The notes under the pieces are model-generated. The model saw only the letters and a list, made by a program, of their open reading frames with translations. It was not told where the DNA came from and ran no database searches. From Erysipelotrichaceae bacterium (GTDB taxonomy: Bacteria; Bacillota_I; Bacilli_A; Erysipelotrichales; Erysipelotrichaceae), in contig JBGSTC010000028.1 of NCBI GenBank assembly GCA_041736705.1, forward strand, positions 20,768 through 84,767: DNA of 64,000 nt. The letters run 5' to 3'. Shown here in pieces: positions 60,241 to 64,000 of this stretch. A program made the position numbers and the translations under genes. Position 1 is the stretch's first letter. The number at the start of each line of letters is the position of its first letter.

Positions 60241-60374
60241 ACTGTCATTCATACGAAGAGAGTGATAAAATACAAGTAAAGAAGAACGAAATCATTCACA
60301 ATATGCTTGCCACATCGTATGTACCGCCGCTAAAGGGAATCAGAAAGAAAACCTGAACCAAGATGGAGGAAACC

Positions 60375-61169
60375 ATGGGAAAGTCATCGCAAACCAGTCT
60401 GACGAGTGAGAAACGGGAGACGCTTTTGTCTTGGATCAAATCGATCGGATCATCCGGTGTCAAAGACATCAAGAAATCGATGCGGATCCTCTTAATCCAG
60501 CTGGCGATCTTCGCATCCTTTCAATTGATCTTTTGGTGGAATGTCAGTGCCAACATCATCCCGGCAGCCATACACGGTCCGATCGTTTTCTTGACGGCGA
60601 CGTATAACGACGTCATTCCGAAAACCCTGTACTGGGTGATTTTGTTTACCTTCGGCCGACGTTTGTTCAATAAGATCAAATCGATCGGATTCGCCAAAGC
60701 GATGGCGCCTGTACGTAACCTTGTCCCCGAACTGAAGTCCGCCTATGCCAGCCTGGGAGCCAAGGCGGTCTCGCTGGCTTGGTTTGGCGTGGGGGTTGGT
60801 CTAATCATCGCGAATAATTTCGCCTCGTACAGCCGCTTTAGCGGGGCGCGGAATAAGTTCGACAAGTACTTCATCGCGATTCTGATTTCCTTCACCATTT
60901 CCTATTTGCTTGGGGAAGGAAGGAAACATTGGATCTTCAAGTTCACACGGCTGCTTGTTTCCGATGTGACGCACGCCTTTCACATAAAGAATCATCATAC
61001 GGACAACCACACTTACGTCGCCTTGTCCGGATTCATCATCGGATTACTGGCGGACGCCCCTTTGATTCTGATGAAGAGCATGTATGGCGGTTATTACCTG
61101 GGTCTTGGATGCATCGCACTTGGGTTGATTCTTATTTTTTCGAAAGTGAATGCGAAGGTCCCGGGATGA
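60375..61169 (+). CDS. Polytopic membrane protein of unknown function (first gene of a coupled triad)
   Basis: Five to six predicted TM helices. RBS ggaggaa before the ATG at 60375. Stop overlaps the next start (ATGA). Confidence 0.6.
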   Translation: MGKSSQTSLTSEKRETLLSWIKSIGSSGVKDIKKSMRILLIQLAIFASFQLIFWWNVSANIIPAAIHGPIVFLTATYNDVIPKTLYWVILFTFGRRLFNKIKSIGFAKAMAPVRNLVPELKSAYASLGAKAVSLAWFGVGVGLIIANNFASYSRFSGARNKFDKYFIAILISFTISYLLGEGRKHWIFKFTRLLVSDVTHAFHIKNHHTDNHTYVALSGFIIGLLADAPLILMKSMYGGYYLGLGCIALGLILIFSKVNAKVPG

Positions 61170-62257
61170 TCCGACTCTACGACAAGAAATATCGTTATTA
61201 TGTATACTTCGATCCATTGACCGGTCAAGGGGCGAGAAGCAACGCTTACGATGAATACGGAAGGGATACCGGTGAAGACCCCTATCAGGCGAGTTTCCCC
61301 GAACTGCTGGATATCGGGATCATGGGCCATTGCGAGCATGGGAAAAGCGGACTCTGCCTTCAGTCCGGGGTGGAATGTTACCAAAACGGATTGGGGATCG
61401 AAGAGCCGAATATGCCGCTGGATCAGTTCAAACGACTGATCGACGAGTGTAAAGGCCGAACCTTCCAAGTCGCATTGGGTGGAAGGGGGGATCCCGACCA
61501 ACACGAAAACTTCGTCGAAATTCTGAAGTATGCCCACGCGAACGGCGTCGTTCCCAACTTCACGACTTCCGGCTACGGGCTGAAATCCGAGTTGATTCCA
61601 TACATCAAAGCCTATTGCGGCGCGGTTGCGGTGAGTTGGTATCGAAACGAATATACCCATAAAGCATTACGCATGTTAATCGACGCGGAGATCAAAACCA
61701 ACATCCACTTCGTGTTAAGCAAAGCCTCCATCGACGAAGCGATTGAGATGATCGAAGAGAATCGGATTCCAAAGGGTGTGAACCGCATCATCTTCCTTCT
61801 CCATAAGCCCGTCGGGCTTGGTTCCATCGCCAATGTCTTGGATGTGAAGGATGAACGTGTAAAACACTTCTTCAGTCTGATCGATCGTCCCGAAGTCGCC
61901 GATCGTTTGGGGTTTGATAGTTGTTGCGTCCCGGCGATTTTGAACTTCGCGAAGAACATCCATCCGATGTGCATCGAGGCCTGTGAAGCCGGTCGCTTCT
62001 CCGCCTACGTATCCCCGGATTTCGAATTGATCCCCTGTAGTTTCGAAAAGGATCCGAAATATGCCGTTTCCTTAACGAATTCGTCGATCGAAAAAGCCTG
62101 GAACAGTAAACCGTTCGAATCTTTCCGGAAACTTCAAGACGGGAAATGCATCGATTGCCCTTCCCGTACTTCCTGTTATGCCGGCTGCCCCATCGTTCCT
62201 AAAATCACGCTTTGTCCAACCGTAGATCCTCATCACGCAAGGGAGGTCGCACCATGA
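61166..62257 (+). CDS. Radical-SAM-like enzyme with a C-terminal SPASM domain and a non-canonical N-terminal Cys triad (CX7CX6C)
   Basis: GGE-type SAM motif (QVALGGRGDP) and a TTSGYG ribose motif. SPASM signature CIDCPSRTSCYAGCP (CX2CX5CX3C) plus upstream auxiliary Cys residues. Only candidate radical-SAM cluster is GHCEHGKSGLCLQSGVEC. Start at the internal ATG at 61166; the ORF-track start at 60929 overlaps the membrane gene. Confidence 0.6.
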   Translation: MIRLYDKKYRYYVYFDPLTGQGARSNAYDEYGRDTGEDPYQASFPELLDIGIMGHCEHGKSGLCLQSGVECYQNGLGIEEPNMPLDQFKRLIDECKGRTFQVALGGRGDPDQHENFVEILKYAHANGVVPNFTTSGYGLKSELIPYIKAYCGAVAVSWYRNEYTHKALRMLIDAEIKTNIHFVLSKASIDEAIEMIEENRIPKGVNRIIFLLHKPVGLGSIANVLDVKDERVKHFFSLIDRPEVADRLGFDSCCVPAILNFAKNIHPMCIEACEAGRFSAYVSPDFELIPCSFEKDPKYAVSLTNSSIEKAWNSKPFESFRKLQDGKCIDCPSRTSCYAGCPIVPKITLCPTVDPHHAREVAP

Positions 62258-63846
62258 AAATCAAAGCCGACTATGTCACCAATTCATCCAGCGAAGTGTT
62301 TGCGGTCGTTCTTCAAGACACGTTTGTCAGTGCCGCGCTCATCGCTTCCGCGGTATCCATCCTGCATGGCTTCAAGGTCGAACATGACCTGAAAAACATC
62401 AATGAACCGGTGGTCCTAAGTCTGATCGAAGATGCGCAAACGATTTCAAGAAGCATTGCGAAAGGCGTCGAAGAAGATGCGTTGCGACAAGAGGCGATGG
62501 TCAACGATGCCTATTATGTTTCCAAAACCACGCTGGATTCTAGCCGGTCGGTTTTGGAGCGTGAACTTGACGAGACGATGAAGACGGACGAGCTTGCGAA
62601 AGCGACCTATGGGGTCGAAAGCCAAGAATACCTGATGTTTATGAAAGACTGCGACGAGTACCAAGACTATCTCAACACGCAGCTCCAACAAGTCGATGCG
62701 CGTAAGAAAATCCTGGCGGATGAAAGTACGGCGTTCAACGCGAAACTCTCATCGATCAGCGAGGAAACCCGTACGATGCAAACCGAACTGATCGCCGTAA
62801 GGGAAGAAAAAGCGATGCTGGACGGGATTACGAAAGGATATCCGGAAGCAACCTATGACTTGGATCCAGTCCGGTTGAAACTGAGGGCTCTTGAAGAACG
62901 GGATCTTGAACTTAACGGGAAACTGAAGTCCGCTAATGCGAGTATCGAGTATCAGGCACAACGAAGGGATACGATCAAGGTCTCCGATGAGTCGATCCGT
63001 TTAGGGGACCAGTTGAAATCCAAGCAAGAGGAATTCGCGTCGGAAATGAAACGATTGGATACGGAGAAACGTAACCAATTGAAAGCCGAAACGCAGCGTC
63101 TGAAGGAGATCAAGTCCAATCTGGCGAAAGCCAAGGAAACCGGCGGCATCGATGAAACGAAGCAGGAGATCAATTTCTCGATGCAAGAGGGCGAAGGGTC
63201 GACGAACTTGATTCTGGAGGAATACAAGCAAAAGAGTCATGACCTCCAACTGAGAAGCGAAGAAGAAATGACACTACTGAGAAAGCAACAATTGAATCTC
63301 AATCGGCAGGATCTGACACGTAGCGCCATCGAAACATCGCAATATGGTACCGAATCCGCGATCGATGCCTTGCCGGATGTTTCGCAGGAATTCGGGATGA
63401 ACTTGAAGTTGATGTACAAGACATCCAAGGCATTGGCGGAAGGGATCAATGCGGGCAAAGAAGATCCAAAGCACGCGGCGAAACAAATCGCGAAGGGGAT
63501 CCTCAATGCGTCAAGTGAAGTGTTGAAAGACAAACTCGGATTCCTTCCATTCAGCGCCCACGCGGTAAACGCCCTCAACAACAGTCTGCAAAACGGATTG
63601 AACGCCTCGATCAAAGGGGAAAACGTACTCAAGGCGCTCTCCCAAGGATTGACGAAAGGTATCGCCGAAGCGGGATATGCCCAAGGGACGACGTTGATCA
63701 AGGAAGGTCTACCGCAAACCGACGGGAAGATCACTGAAGCGACGGACCAAACCGTTTCGACACTCCTCAACAACAACCCCCTCACGATGGATCTCTTCAA
63801 TCTACTGACCAAAGAGATCGGTGGCGATCGAATCGCGCAAGAATAG
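62254..63846 (+). CDS. Long coiled-coil protein of unknown function (third gene of the coupled triad)
   Basis: 530 aa, extended heptad-rich E/K/Q/L regions. Start ATG overlaps the rSAM stop (ATGA). RBS gggagg. Confidence 0.6.
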   Translation: MKIKADYVTNSSSEVFAVVLQDTFVSAALIASAVSILHGFKVEHDLKNINEPVVLSLIEDAQTISRSIAKGVEEDALRQEAMVNDAYYVSKTTLDSSRSVLERELDETMKTDELAKATYGVESQEYLMFMKDCDEYQDYLNTQLQQVDARKKILADESTAFNAKLSSISEETRTMQTELIAVREEKAMLDGITKGYPEATYDLDPVRLKLRALEERDLELNGKLKSANASIEYQAQRRDTIKVSDESIRLGDQLKSKQEEFASEMKRLDTEKRNQLKAETQRLKEIKSNLAKAKETGGIDETKQEINFSMQEGEGSTNLILEEYKQKSHDLQLRSEEEMTLLRKQQLNLNRQDLTRSAIETSQYGTESAIDALPDVSQEFGMNLKLMYKTSKALAEGINAGKEDPKHAAKQIAKGILNASSEVLKDKLGFLPFSAHAVNALNNSLQNGLNASIKGENVLKALSQGLTKGIAEAGYAQGTTLIKEGLPQTDGKITEATDQTVSTLLNNNPLTMDLFNLLTKEIGGDRIAQE

Positions 63847-64000
63847 AGACAGCCGGACGACTAAACTGTACCCTTTGTAAAGGACACAAAATAAAAGCAG
63901 GGGTAAGATCGTCGAAGTTGGCGATCTTTTTCATGTTTGAACGGTGATTTGCGATATTCTCATCGGAAGTAGTAGGATAGGACTCCTTCTTTCTGATAGA

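Noticed and set aside
60303-60356. 17-aa ORF (MLATSYVPPLKGIRKKT) as a possible precursor peptide for the SPASM enzyme
   Set aside because: It has no recognisable RBS, no Cys, Ser or Thr-rich core, and no leader-like features. It cannot be supported from sequence alone.

Overview
This 64 kb window is a chromosomal segment from a low-GC Gram-positive (Firmicutes-like) bacterium; the conserved cdaA-cdaR-glmM c-di-AMP operon and ddl/murF support that placement. It uses the standard genetic code and has about 50% GC, with dense coding mostly on the + strand. The first ~27 kb (1-26.5 kb) holds housekeeping functions, the middle holds a surface/adhesion locus, and the last 10 kb is an accessory hotspot downstream of a tRNA-Ser/Asp/Gly cluster.

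Core genes, in order:
- **Nitrogen assimilation:** an ammonium transporter fused to a C-terminal PII (GlnB/GlnK) domain, then glutamate synthase gltB and gltD.
- **Sugar uptake, purine salvage and β-galactosidase:** an MFS/GPH sugar symporter, purine salvage genes punA and xpt, and a GH2 β-galactosidase whose start overlaps the xpt stop.
- **Surface/adhesion locus:**
  - a bacterial eRF1-like protein and a transglutaminase-like protein;
  - a T2SS/T4P-like operon (GspF-like platform protein, four atypical pseudopilin-like small proteins, a PilT-like ATPase);
  - a SARP/BTAD regulator with a degenerate GGDEF domain;
  - a 2097-aa vWA plus ~16 tandem cadherin/VCBS-like repeat adhesin. A small upstream paralog shares its post-TM cytoplasmic anchor domain;
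  - a flotillin/LapA-like pair.
- **Second-messenger, cell-wall and transport genes:**
  - cdaA, cdaR and glmM;
  - an OmpR/histidine-kinase two-component system;
  - a MurF-like ligase with a polytopic N-terminus, and ddl;
  - tandem mgtE paralogs and deoD.

Accessory region: downstream of tRNA-Gly, two back-to-back insertions are each closed by a direct copy of the tRNA 3' end and a conserved ~253-bp right-arm repeat. The first carries a lactococcin-972-like bacteriocin/immunity/ABC locus, the second a lone SAM methyltransferase.

Beyond the islands, a bilobed retropepsin-like protease gene is followed by a translationally coupled triad. The triad is a membrane protein, an rSAM-like SPASM enzyme with a non-canonical N-terminal Cys triad, and a coiled-coil protein. 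This triad is the most likely novel system.

No CRISPR array, no rRNA and no recombinase gene was found in the window.
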